Assembly: GCA_963668315.1 (NCBI GenBank)
Contig: OY764216.1
Span: forward strand, 3,936,001-4,000,000
Length of the DNA stretch: 64,000 nucleotides
Source: Spirochaetia bacterium
GTDB lineage: Bacteria > Spirochaetota > Spirochaetia > DSM-2461
Reading direction: 5' to 3'
Under the pieces are notes generated by a model that made no database searches, was not told the origin of the DNA, and was given only the letters and a program-made list of their open reading frames with translations. Shown here piece by piece: positions 49,622 through 59,028 of this stretch. Position numbers and translations under genes: made by a program. Within the stretch, counting starts at the first letter, position 1. Every line of letters starts with the position of its first letter.

Positions 49622-50616
49622 CAGGGCACAGAAACGTGGGACAGAATGGAATCGATAACGCTGTCGGCGGTCATTTCTTCCGCCTCCGCTTCGTAGGAAA
49701 GAACGATACGATGGCGGAGAACGATCTTCGCCACATCCTGAACATCTTCCGGGAGGACATAGGCCCGCCCTTCCATAAGCGCCTTAACCCGGGCGCAGCG
49801 CATCATGCCGATTGTGGCCCTGGGGGACGCTCCGTACTCGATAAAGCGGATAAAGGGCAGCTTTCTTTTATTCTGTTCTCTGGTGGCCGCCACGAGGGAA
49901 ACGATATACTTCTCCACCCTTTCGTCCAGTTCAATACCCTGGGCTATCTCACGGACCCGGGCGATGGACCGGGGATCAAGAACCCTCTCCAGACGGATGC
50001 TGTCCATATTATCAACCCGGCGCATGATCTCCAGTTCGTCCTCGGGACTGGGGTAGGAAACCAGTACCTTGGCAATGAACCGGTCCAGCTGAGCTTCGGG
50101 AAGCTGATAGGTCCCCTCCTGCTCGATGGGATTCTGGGTGGCCAGAACAAAAAAGGGTTCGGGCAGCTTATAGGTCGAATCGCCGATGGTCACCTGTTTC
50201 TCAGCCATGGCTTCGAGAAGGGCGCTCTGAACCTTGGCGGGCGCCCTGTTCACTTCATCGGCCAGAATGATGTGTGAAAACACCGGACCTTTCCGGGGAA
50301 CGAATTCACCGGTCTGCTGCCGGTAAATCATGGTTCCCGTCAGGTCGGCGGGAAGAAGATCGGGGGTAAACTGAATTCTTTTGAAATCGATACTCAAAAT
50401 ATCGGCGAAGGTTTGAACGGCCAGGGTCTTGGCCAGCCCGGGTACACCTTCCACGAGGACATGCCCCCCGGCTAAAATCCCCATGAGGAGTCCTTCCACA
50501 AGGGAATCCTGACCGACTATCTTCTTAGCCGCTTCCTTTCGGGCCCTGTCGATAATGGCCTGGGCTTCCTTAACATTATTCTTAAGACTTTGATCTATCA
50601 CACTAACCTCGCTCAC
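49621..50616 (-). CDS. moxR: MoxR family AAA+ ATPase (Bat-associated)
   Basis: EGVPGLAKT, RIQFTPDLLPAD, DEVNRAPAKVQSALLE, LPEAQLDRF. Confidence 0.95.
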   Translation of the reverse strand: MSEVSVIDQSLKNNVKEAQAIIDRARKEAAKKIVGQDSLVEGLLMGILAGGHVLVEGVPGLAKTLAVQTFADILSIDFKRIQFTPDLLPADLTGTMIYRQQTGEFVPRKGPVFSHIILADEVNRAPAKVQSALLEAMAEKQVTIGDSTYKLPEPFFVLATQNPIEQEGTYQLPEAQLDRFIAKVLVSYPSPEDELEIMRRVDNMDSIRLERVLDPRSIARVREIAQGIELDERVEKYIVSLVAATREQNKRKLPFIRFIEYGASPRATIGMMRCARVKALMEGRAYVLPEDVQDVAKIVLRHRIVLSYEAEAEEMTADSVIDSILSHVSVP

Positions 50617-50619
50617 CGG

Positions 50620-51900
50620 TTATGATCTGTATTCGGCATTAATTCTGACATAGTCGCAGGAAAGATCGGAACCCCAGACTACTGCGGATTCCTGGCCCCT
50701 TCCCAGACGAACGGATATCTTAACATTTTTCCCATGGGCAGGGAACCCCGGCGACGGCAGAGGCAGGGCCCTCTCTTTCATATAGGAGTGGAGAAGACTC
50801 TCCTTTTCGCTGTCAAGAAGGAAAGCCCCCTCTTTATAAAGGCTGGTATCTCCCATCATAAGGCTGACTTTCTGCCTGTCCAGTTCGACTCCGCCGTTAC
50901 CCGCCCAGTCACCCAGGGCCTGAATGAGACGGCCCACATTGGGATCGTTCCCGAAGACAGCGCTCTTGGTCAGAGGGGAATTGATCAGGGCCTTACCGGC
51001 GGAAACAGCTTCTTCCTTCGTCGCGGCGCCGCTGATTTCCACTTCCATGACATGGCCCGTTCCCTCTCCGTTCCGGACCACATCCTGGGCCAGCTGAACG
51101 GCCAGATCACACAGGGCGCGCCGGAATTCCTCCCCGTCCACCGGTTTTTTCCTGGTGGAGAAGATAATCGCCGTATCGCTGGTGCTCTGGTCGCTGTCCA
51201 CGCTTATGCGGTTGAAACTCTCAGAGCAGGCCTCGCGCCAGTAACGGTCCAGAGCGTCCCGCTCCACATCTCCGTCGGTCATGAAGAAGACAAGCATGGT
51301 GGCCAGATTAGGCTCGATCATCCCGGCTCCCTTGCAGATGCCGGTGATGCGGCAGTCGCCCACGCTTACCGTCCGGGCTTTGGGGAATGAATCGGTCGTC
51401 ATAATGGAACGGGCGGCGTTCAGGGCGGAACCGCCCTCTCTCTTCCCGACCAGATCGGGCAAGGCCGCCTCCATCTCCTCGACGGGGAGTTCCCAACCGA
51501 TGACGCCGGTGGAAAAGGGAAAGACGACGCCCTCTCCGGGCAGAAGGGATTCGGCCTTTCTTCGCAGCCGGCTGCTCTTTTCGTAACCGCAGGGACACTC
51601 GACATTGGCGATTTTATTGTTTATCAGCAGTCCCTTGAGGGCTTTTTCCTTCAGAAGTTCCCGCCCGATGGTGACGGGATGACCGGGAAAGGCATTCCTG
51701 GTAAACAGCGCCGCGAAACTGTCTGTCGGCTCCTCCAGAGCGATAAGAGTCAAATTCATGGGGTATTCCTGGCCTTTCCCCTCAACGGCTAATTCGCCGG
51801 GAACAAAACGTATTTTATGGGAAGCAGCGGTTACCCCGGCAGGAAGGGGCACATGGGCTTCCAGGTATTTTTCATACTCTTCAGCGGTGTGAAATTTCAT
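50620..51900 (-). CDS. argJ: Ornithine acetyltransferase / N-acetylglutamate synthase
   Basis: FTRN, STGVIG, IMTTD, KGAGMIEPNLAT, DQSTSD, DPNVGR, INAEYRS. Confidence 0.93.
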   Translation of the reverse strand: MKFHTAEEYEKYLEAHVPLPAGVTAASHKIRFVPGELAVEGKGQEYPMNLTLIALEEPTDSFAALFTRNAFPGHPVTIGRELLKEKALKGLLINNKIANVECPCGYEKSSRLRRKAESLLPGEGVVFPFSTGVIGWELPVEEMEAALPDLVGKREGGSALNAARSIMTTDSFPKARTVSVGDCRITGICKGAGMIEPNLATMLVFFMTDGDVERDALDRYWREACSESFNRISVDSDQSTSDTAIIFSTRKKPVDGEEFRRALCDLAVQLAQDVVRNGEGTGHVMEVEISGAATKEEAVSAGKALINSPLTKSAVFGNDPNVGRLIQALGDWAGNGGVELDRQKVSLMMGDTSLYKEGAFLLDSEKESLLHSYMKERALPLPSPGFPAHGKNVKISVRLGRGQESAVVWGSDLSCDYVRINAEYRS

Positions 51901-51951
51901 GGATAACAGAATAGCAGGATTTTTTATAAAGTGCAATTAGACGTCGAGCGA

Positions 51952-51988
51952 TTGACTTTTAATTATACATATGATAATTTTTTGTCAA
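51952..51988. promoter_or_regulatory. Dyad-symmetric operator candidate between divergent argJ and fabD
   Basis: TTGAC-N4-AATTAT-N7-ATAATT-N4-GTCAA. Confidence 0.45.
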
Positions 51989-52047
51989 GAATAATAGAGC
52001 CGATCCGACAGTACCGGATTTACCGTCAGGCTCACAGGGAGTATGTG

Positions 52048-52929
52048 ATGAAAATTGCGTTAATATTTCCCGGCCAGGGATCTCAGGTCAAGGGTATGGG
52101 AAAGGACATTCTCGACAAATTCCCCAGGGGATATGAAATCCTGGGAGAAGCCAATTGCTGTCTTGACTACGATATGGAAAAACTGATTCTGGAAGATCCG
52201 GATAATCAGCTCAACAGCACTCAGTTTACCCAGCCCGCCCTCTATACGGTATGCGCCATCTACACGAACTACCTCAGGGAAAAGGGCATCAACTGGCATG
52301 TGACCGCCGGGCACAGCCTGGGAGAATATGCCGCTCTCTACGCTGCCGGAGTTTTCTCCTTTATGGACGGTTTGAAACTCGTGGCGAAAAGAGGCGAGCT
52401 TATGGGTCAGATCAATGATCCCGCCGTCGGCATGGGCGCCGTCGTGGGACTGACCGGTTCTGAAGTGGCCGAAAGCATCAAGGCCTATGAAAATCTGTAT
52501 ATTGCCAATCTCAATGCTCCCGAGCAGACCGTTGTCAGCGGAAGCAAGGAAGACATAAACGCCATGGCTTCTGCCCTGAAAGAGGCGGGGAAGGGACGGC
52601 TGATTCCCCTGAGGGTATCCGGAGCGTTCCACTCCCCCTTCATGAAACCCATAGTAGAGGATTTTATCAAGGCCGTGGAAGCCTGCCCCTTTACCGATGC
52701 GTCCATGGATGTCTATCCCAATGTTAAAGCTTCCGCCCTGCGCGACAGCAGCGCGATCAAGGAGTGTCTCATAGAACAGATTACCGGACAGGTGAAATGG
52801 ACAGAGACGGTAAGGCAGATGGAAGCTGACGGTATTACCCATCACTTCGAGGCGGGCCCTGGCAAAGTGCTCGCCGGACTGATGAAAAAGTGTTCCGGTT
52901 CGATCATTCCCCTGGAAATCGAACTTTAG
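52048..52929 (+). CDS. fabD: Malonyl-CoA:ACP transacylase
   Basis: FPGQGSQ, TQPAL, GHSLGEY, VSGAFHS, GPGKVL. Confidence 0.96.
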   Translation: MKIALIFPGQGSQVKGMGKDILDKFPRGYEILGEANCCLDYDMEKLILEDPDNQLNSTQFTQPALYTVCAIYTNYLREKGINWHVTAGHSLGEYAALYAAGVFSFMDGLKLVAKRGELMGQINDPAVGMGAVVGLTGSEVAESIKAYENLYIANLNAPEQTVVSGSKEDINAMASALKEAGKGRLIPLRVSGAFHSPFMKPIVEDFIKAVEACPFTDASMDVYPNVKASALRDSSAIKECLIEQITGQVKWTETVRQMEADGITHHFEAGPGKVLAGLMKKCSGSIIPLEIEL

Positions 52930-52947
52930 TTCATTGTTAATTTTTTC

Positions 52948-52992
52948 TGCTCCGGCCGCGATTTCTCTCCGATTTCCCCAGCGGCCGGAGCA
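52948..52992. other. Perfect 12-bp stem with 21-nt loop downstream of fabD
   Basis: TGCTCCGGCCGC / GCGGCCGGAGCA. Confidence 0.6.
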
Positions 52993-53212
52993 ATTCATAT
53001 TTTGAAGGCAGGATAAAAAGGTATCGTTTTATTTATTTTATAGATAACCATTTATAAATTACTCCCCGTTCTCGGAACGCCATAGCCAACTTTTCAGTCC
53101 CTGATAAAACGATTGACTATTACCTTTTCCCGTGTTATATCTATTTTATAAGTGTTTTATTTAGCTGGATTGTTAATCCCGCTTACCACAGTCTTTCCCA
53201 AGGAAAATCCGT

Positions 53213-53986
53213 ATGAATTTTTTTGACACTCACGCTCACATTGGGCTTATCAATGAAGATCCCATAGAGCAGCTGATTATTGCTCAGGAAGCAAAACAGG
53301 AAAATATTTCCCATATTATAAGCGTTACTAACAATCTGGCCGATTTCGAGCAGGTTTACAATAATCTGCAGACTGCCAGTAATGTCTATTTCGCCATAGG
53401 CGTCTCTCCCTCCGAGGTAAATCATCCGGGCAGGGACTGGAAGCAGGTCATCTATGACGGCATCCAGAAAGACCGGGTCATCGCCATTGGTGAAACCGGG
53501 CTGGATTATTATAAGAAATTCGGCGACAAGAGCTCCCAGGTGGAACTTTTCATCGCCCAGCTCGAGCTGGCCCAGACCTATAATCTGCCCGTCATAATCC
53601 ACAACAGAACGGCCGGCCAGGATATCCTCGACATTCTATCCGACCGCGTTCCCGACAGGGGCGGTGTACTCCACTGCTACTCGGAAGACTGGAATTATGC
53701 CGCCCAGGTGCTGGAGCAGCACGACAATATCTATTTCTCCTTTGCCGGTAATGTCACTTACCGCAACGCCAAGAATCTGCACGAAACGGTAATCAATCTT
53801 CCCCTCGACCGGATTGTCATAGAAAGCGAAGCGCCCTTCATGATTCCCGCCGAATTCAAGGGAAAGAGAAACAGACCCCTTTATCTGCCTTCCACGGCGC
53901 GTTTCATAGCGGATCTCCGCGATGAAGATGAAGAAGAAGTCATGACGGCCCTTCACCAGAATGCCTGCCGTCTTTTCGGGTTATAG
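53213..53986 (+). CDS. tatD: TatD family nuclease/hydrolase
   Basis: DTHAH, IGETGLDY, IIHNR, VLHCY, ESEAP. Confidence 0.92.
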   Translation: MNFFDTHAHIGLINEDPIEQLIIAQEAKQENISHIISVTNNLADFEQVYNNLQTASNVYFAIGVSPSEVNHPGRDWKQVIYDGIQKDRVIAIGETGLDYYKKFGDKSSQVELFIAQLELAQTYNLPVIIHNRTAGQDILDILSDRVPDRGGVLHCYSEDWNYAAQVLEQHDNIYFSFAGNVTYRNAKNLHETVINLPLDRIVIESEAPFMIPAEFKGKRNRPLYLPSTARFIADLRDEDEEEVMTALHQNACRLFGL

Positions 53987-54976
53987 ATGTCTGCCGGCCT
54001 TTACAGACCGGTAAGCATAGGAACCCTGTCCTTACCGGGCAACCTTTTCCTGGCTCCCCTGGCCGGTTTTACCGACCGGGCTTTCCGCGGTACCTCCGTT
54101 GAATGGGGAGCCGATCTTACCTACACGGAAATGATCTCCTGCGAGGCGGTTTTCCGGGATAACCGGAAAACCCTGGATATGATGTCCCGGGACGAACGGG
54201 AGAAGAACTTCGCCATTCAGGTCTTTTCAGGCACCGTGGAAGCGGCGGAACAGTCCATTGAGAAGGTTCTGAAATACTCCCCTTCCCTCATCGATCTCAA
54301 CTGCGGCTGTCCCGTTCCGAAAATTGTCAAATCCGGAGCAGGATCGGCTCTGATGAGAGAGCCGGAGAAAATCGGAGCCATCGTGAGAGCCCTGAAAACC
54401 GGTCATGATACCCCGGTGACAGTGAAAATCCGCACAGGCTGGGACATGCAGTCCCGTAACTACCGGGAAGCTGCCGAAATAGCCGTCGAGGCGGGAGCCG
54501 CCGCCGTGACGATACACGGCCGGACGAAGAGTCAGGGCTACAGCGGTACAGCCGACTGGGGTCCGCTCAGGGAATTGACCGGCCTCCTTCCCGTTCCCGT
54601 TTTCGGTTCGGGTGATCTTTTCACACCCCGCGATGCCGAAAGAATGCTCGAAGAGACCGGATGCGCCGGAGTGATGTTCGCCCGGGGAGCCATCGGCAAT
54701 CCCTTTATTTTCCGCCAGACCCGACATCTTCTGAAAGAAAATGAGGATATGCCCCCTCTCTCGGCGGAAGAGAGGCTGAAAACAGCCTTGAGCCAATACC
54801 GTCACTCCCTGAGCTATCTCGATGAAGAGAAGGCATCCAAGGAGATACGCAAACATCTCTGCGCCTATTCCAAGGGCATACCCGGATCATCGGCTCTCAG
54901 GAATGATCTGGTCCATGCCGTCAGTGCCGAAGAGTTCGAAAAACTTATATTTGATTTCCTATCCGCTATGGAGTAA
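53987..54976 (+). CDS. dusB: tRNA-dihydrouridine synthase B
   Basis: LAPLAG.TD, DLNCGCP, VKIR.GW, HGRT, GNP. Confidence 0.92.
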   Translation: MSAGLYRPVSIGTLSLPGNLFLAPLAGFTDRAFRGTSVEWGADLTYTEMISCEAVFRDNRKTLDMMSRDEREKNFAIQVFSGTVEAAEQSIEKVLKYSPSLIDLNCGCPVPKIVKSGAGSALMREPEKIGAIVRALKTGHDTPVTVKIRTGWDMQSRNYREAAEIAVEAGAAAVTIHGRTKSQGYSGTADWGPLRELTGLLPVPVFGSGDLFTPRDAERMLEETGCAGVMFARGAIGNPFIFRQTRHLLKENEDMPPLSAEERLKTALSQYRHSLSYLDEEKASKEIRKHLCAYSKGIPGSSALRNDLVHAVSAEEFEKLIFDFLSAME

Positions 54977-55064
54977 ACTTTTTTTAAAGACCTGCGCTTG
55001 ACATTTTAAAATCTATATATTATTTTTTCTATATTAATTTCGGAATATTAAAAGAGAGGTATAT

Positions 55065-57074
55065 ATGGAGAAACTGTTAATCATCGGCGGGGTAGCCGTC
55101 GGAGCCACTGCCGCAGCAAGAGCCAGAAGAATGAATCCCGATCTGGACATCACCATTCTGGAAGCCGGAGAGGATGTATCCTTTGCCAACTGCGGGCTCC
55201 CCTATTACATAGCGGGGGACATTACATCGCGCAGCAAGCTGATTCTTCAGAGTCCAGAAAGTTTCCACTCCCAGTATAATGTCAAAGTAAAGACCCTCAC
55301 CGAGGCCCTCAGGATTGACAGGAACAGCAAAATCGTAACCGCTCTCAACCATAAAACCGGAAAAGAGGAAGTGTATTCCTATGACAAACTTATCCTGGCC
55401 CAGGGCGGAAAACCTTTCATTCCCGGACTGGAGGGAGTGGACAGGGACCATGTCTTCTCCCTCTGGACATTGAACGACATGGACCGGATCAACAGCTTCA
55501 TAGAGGACAACAGCCCCAAGAAAGCCGTGGTGGTGGGGGGCGGATTCATCGGCCTTGAAATGGTGGAAGCCCTGACGAAGCGGGGAATGTCCGTGAGCGT
55601 CATAGAGATGGCCCCCCATGTCATGCCTCTGCTCGAAGGGGAAATCGCCGCCGCTCTTCAGGAAGAGATGGAAGCCCGTTCGGTTAATCTCTATACGGGA
55701 AAAGCCCTGACCGGCATAACAGAAAAAAACGTAGTCCTTAATGACGGAACAGAAGTTCCCGCCGATATGGTTCTTATGTCCGTAGGCGTCCGGCCCACCC
55801 TTCAGCTGGCCAAGGACTCCGGACTGGAGCTGGGACCCTCCGGCGGCCTCCTGGTCAATACCAGGCTTGAAACAAGCGACCCCTCCATTTTCGCCGGCGG
55901 CGACATGGCGGAAATCAATCACAGAGTACTGAATAAAACCGTAAGAATCCCCCTGGCCGGTCCTGCCAACAGGCAGGGACGCATAGCCGCCAATAACGCC
56001 GCAGCCGGCAAGGGAATGGAGTACAAAGGTTCCCAGGGAACGTCCATCGTCCGCTTCTTCGATGCCGTAGCGGGAAGTACGGGCATCAATCTGAAGCAGG
56101 CCCGGGACGCCGGAATCAATGCGGAATCGGTTGTCATCCGTAAGGAAAATCACGTGGGTTACTATCCGGGCGGAAAAATGATGACCATCATGGTTATCTA
56201 CGAACGGGAATCGGGTAAAGTCCTCGGTGCCCAGCTTTCCGGCGAAGCCGGAGTGGACCGCCGCCTGGATGTCCTTTCCACCGCCATCTACGGAGGACTG
56301 ACAGTGGCCGATCTTTCCGAACTCGACCTGGCCTATGCACCTCCCTTCGGCTCGGCCAACGATCCTGTCAATATCGCCGGATTCGTGGCGGAGAACAGAA
56401 TGTCCGGCTACAGCCCGGTGATCACCGCCTCTGAGCTGGAAGAGAAAATTGCCGGCAAGAAGATACTCTTCATCGATATAAGGGATGTCTTCACCTATCG
56501 GAAAGGCCATGTGGAAGGATCGGTCAATATAGCGGCCGAGCAGGTCAGCAGCCAGCTGCACAACCTGGAGAAAAACACCCCCATCCTCGTCTGTGACGAT
56601 ACGGGGAAAGTGGCCCATCGGGTGGTACGCTCTCTTATTCTGGACGGATTTGAGGATGTATGCTATATCTCCGGCGGTTACCCCAGCCTGGAAAGATACC
56701 AGAGAGCCTTCGGGTTCGCATCGCTCCAGGTAGGCATGGCCCCCATAGAAGAGAAATCTCTGGAAGGACACATGCCTCAGGACCGGGCGGACGACAGGGA
56801 AGAAACCGTGGAAATCCAGGAAGAGGGAAAACTGATTATTGACGTGCGGACCCCAGAGGAATTCGAAATGGGAGCCTTTCCCGGAGCGGTCAATATTCCT
56901 TTGGATGAACTTCCCGTCAGAATGGAGGAACTCGGCTCCAAAGACAGGGAAATGGTTCTCTATTGCGCCTCAGGCGCACGAAGCGCCTATGCCATGAGAT
57001 TTCTGCAGGACGCGGGATTCACCAATATGACCAACGGCGGCGGCATTATGCAGATGATGTCCCAGGCAATGTAA
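55065..57074 (+). CDS. CoA-disulfide/persulfide reductase with two C-terminal rhodanese domains
   Basis: SFANCGLPY, GGGFIG, LAGPANRQGR, YAPPF; rhodanese domains DIRD...VCDDTG and DVRT...YCASGAR. Confidence 0.9.
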   Translation: MEKLLIIGGVAVGATAAARARRMNPDLDITILEAGEDVSFANCGLPYYIAGDITSRSKLILQSPESFHSQYNVKVKTLTEALRIDRNSKIVTALNHKTGKEEVYSYDKLILAQGGKPFIPGLEGVDRDHVFSLWTLNDMDRINSFIEDNSPKKAVVVGGGFIGLEMVEALTKRGMSVSVIEMAPHVMPLLEGEIAAALQEEMEARSVNLYTGKALTGITEKNVVLNDGTEVPADMVLMSVGVRPTLQLAKDSGLELGPSGGLLVNTRLETSDPSIFAGGDMAEINHRVLNKTVRIPLAGPANRQGRIAANNAAAGKGMEYKGSQGTSIVRFFDAVAGSTGINLKQARDAGINAESVVIRKENHVGYYPGGKMMTIMVIYERESGKVLGAQLSGEAGVDRRLDVLSTAIYGGLTVADLSELDLAYAPPFGSANDPVNIAGFVAENRMSGYSPVITASELEEKIAGKKILFIDIRDVFTYRKGHVEGSVNIAAEQVSSQLHNLEKNTPILVCDDTGKVAHRVVRSLILDGFEDVCYISGGYPSLERYQRAFGFASLQVGMAPIEEKSLEGHMPQDRADDREETVEIQEEGKLIIDVRTPEEFEMGAFPGAVNIPLDELPVRMEELGSKDREMVLYCASGARSAYAMRFLQDAGFTNMTNGGGIMQMMSQAM

Positions 57075-57083
57075 GAGGGCTCC

Positions 57084-57446
57084 ATGGAAAGAAATTACGC
57101 CATTATCATAGGCCTGTTTTTCGCCTTCTATCTTTATAAAATTATTTCGGGAAGACTGAAATACTCCCGCCTGGTTAAGCTGATGGATTCGGGCACTCCC
57201 TTTACCCTGATAGACGTCAGGACTTCCGGGGAATACGCCGCGGGTCATATTCCGGGAGCCCAGAACATATCCCACGAAACCATCGGAAGCTCTCTCAAGA
57301 AGACGGCGAAGGACAGGGAAATCGTGGTTTACTGTCAGAGCGGTTCCCGCGCATCGGCGGCTAAGGCGGCCCTTGCGGGCAAGGGATATACCAACGTATG
57401 GAACTTCGGCGGCCTGTCCCGATGGAGAGGGAAGCTGGAAAAGTAA
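57084..57446 (+). CDS. Membrane-anchored rhodanese-like protein
   Basis: N-terminal TM, DVRT..EY..GHIPGA, YCQSGSR. Confidence 0.9.
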   Translation: MERNYAIIIGLFFAFYLYKIISGRLKYSRLVKLMDSGTPFTLIDVRTSGEYAAGHIPGAQNISHETIGSSLKKTAKDREIVVYCQSGSRASAAKAALAGKGYTNVWNFGGLSRWRGKLEK

Positions 57447-57459
57447 TCCAACGGGACAT

Positions 57460-57504
57460 AAAAAACCCCTCCGCGGATTAGGATGCGGAGGGGTTTCTTT
57501 TTTT
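57460..57504. terminator. Bidirectional Rho-independent terminator
   Basis: A-run, ACCCCTCCGC / GCGGAGGGGT stem, T-run, between convergent genes. Confidence 0.85.
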
Positions 57505-57513
57505 AAGGATCGG

Positions 57514-58902
57514 TTATTTAACCCTTTTATAGTTCTTGATTTCCTGGCGGATTCTGGTCTCCAGCTCAGCCAGCGGAACCCTCACCTGCTCCATGGAATC
57601 TCTGAAACGGAGAGTGACCGATTTGTCCTCTTTCGTATCATAGTCGATGGTGATGCAGAAGGGCGTTCCGATCTCGTCCATGCGGCGGTACCTTCTTCCG
57701 ATAGCGCCTCCCTGATCGTAGAAGGTGGTGAAGGACTCTTTCAGTTCCGTCTCCACGTCCTTGGCCAGCTCGGCCAGACCGTCCTTCTTCACCAGGGGCA
57801 TAACGCCGACAGTGACGGGAGCGACATTGGGATGGAGGTGGAGAACGGTCCTTACATCGGGTTTCCCGTCCTTGTCTTCGCCGATGGTCTCTTCGTGGTA
57901 GGCATCCATCAGACAGATGAGCACACTCCGGGTAAGACCGGCCGAGGTTTCCACGACATAGGGGATATAGCGGCTGTTGTCGGTCTGATCGAGGTAATTG
58001 ATCTCCTTGCCGCAGTACTTGCTGTGCTGACCCAAGTCGTAATCGGTACGGGAGTGGATACCCTCCTGCTCTTCCCAGCCGAAGGGATACTGGTATTCAA
58101 CGTCAAAGGCGTCCTTGGCGTAAAATGCCAGCTCATCCGGACCGTGCTGATGGAACCGCAGGTTATCTTCGAGAATACCCAGCCTGTTTTTGTAGTAGGC
58201 CATTCTCTCTTTCTTCCAGTAATCGAACCATTCGTCTTCCGTGCCGGGCTTGACGAAGAACTGCATCTCCATCTGCTCGAACTCACAGGTACGGAAGATG
58301 AAGTTTTTCGTGGTTATCTCGTTTCTGAAGGCCTTTCCCACCTGGGCGATTCCGAAGGGAATCTGCACGCGGCTGGTGTCGACAACATTCTTGAAGTTCA
58401 CGAAAATACCCTGGGCCGTTTCGGGCCTCAGATAGACGATGGAACCGGAATCCGCAACGGGTCCCAGATTCGTGGAAAACATCAGGTTGAACTGACGGGG
58501 CTCGGTCAGCTCACCGCCGCACTCGGGACATTTTTTACTTTTGATCACTTCCGGATCAAGCTTGTCTTCCCGGAACCGGGTCTTGCACTCTTTACAGTCC
58601 ACCAGGGGATCGGAAAAGTTGGCCACATGGCCGGAGGCCTCCCAGGTTTTGGGGTGCATCATGATTGCCGCATCCAGTCCCACGATATTATCGTGCATGC
58701 GAACCATCTCTTTCCACCAGATTTTCTGAATGTTATTCTTCAGTTCGGAACCGAGGGGACCGTAGTCCCAGGTAGCGGAAAGGCCGCCGTAGATTTCGCT
58801 GGAAGGATAGACAAATCCTCTCCTCTTGGCCAGGGAGACGATTTTCTCCATACTAGCGCCATACTGGTTGGTGATGGTGTTCGCTTTTTTCTCTTTTGCC
58901 AT
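57514..58902 (-). CDS. glyQS: Glycine--tRNA ligase (homodimeric alpha2 type)
   Basis: SEIYGG, DYGPLG, YLRPETAQG, FRNEIT, EFEQME, IGRRYRR.DEIGTP. Confidence 0.96.
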   Translation of the reverse strand: MAKEKKANTITNQYGASMEKIVSLAKRRGFVYPSSEIYGGLSATWDYGPLGSELKNNIQKIWWKEMVRMHDNIVGLDAAIMMHPKTWEASGHVANFSDPLVDCKECKTRFREDKLDPEVIKSKKCPECGGELTEPRQFNLMFSTNLGPVADSGSIVYLRPETAQGIFVNFKNVVDTSRVQIPFGIAQVGKAFRNEITTKNFIFRTCEFEQMEMQFFVKPGTEDEWFDYWKKERMAYYKNRLGILEDNLRFHQHGPDELAFYAKDAFDVEYQYPFGWEEQEGIHSRTDYDLGQHSKYCGKEINYLDQTDNSRYIPYVVETSAGLTRSVLICLMDAYHEETIGEDKDGKPDVRTVLHLHPNVAPVTVGVMPLVKKDGLAELAKDVETELKESFTTFYDQGGAIGRRYRRMDEIGTPFCITIDYDTKEDKSVTLRFRDSMEQVRVPLAELETRIRQEIKNYKRVK

Positions 58903-59028
58903 TATGCCTTACTCCTTTTTAACACACCGCTGGATACGGCACGTTGCGTTCCGGGAATACCCCGGAACAGGTGGGGTTATTTTAGAGTTTTTTCTTCTCT
59001 TCTGCAACTGAGGATTCAGTTTTTTCCT

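Noticed and set aside
55077..56771. 564-aa minus-strand ORF, and similar antisense ORFs (5536-6702, 52060-52998, 23062-23940, 48845-49696)
   Set aside because: They lie opposite well-supported genes and are explained by codon bias suppressing antisense stops
58903..59007. T-box or tRNA-mimic leader for glyQS (hairpin GTTCCGGG/CCCGGAAC, 58948-58968)
   Set aside because: The leader is only about 70 nt after a TTGCAG-N17-TAAAAT promoter; no T-box GGTGGNACC and no anticodon stem-loop
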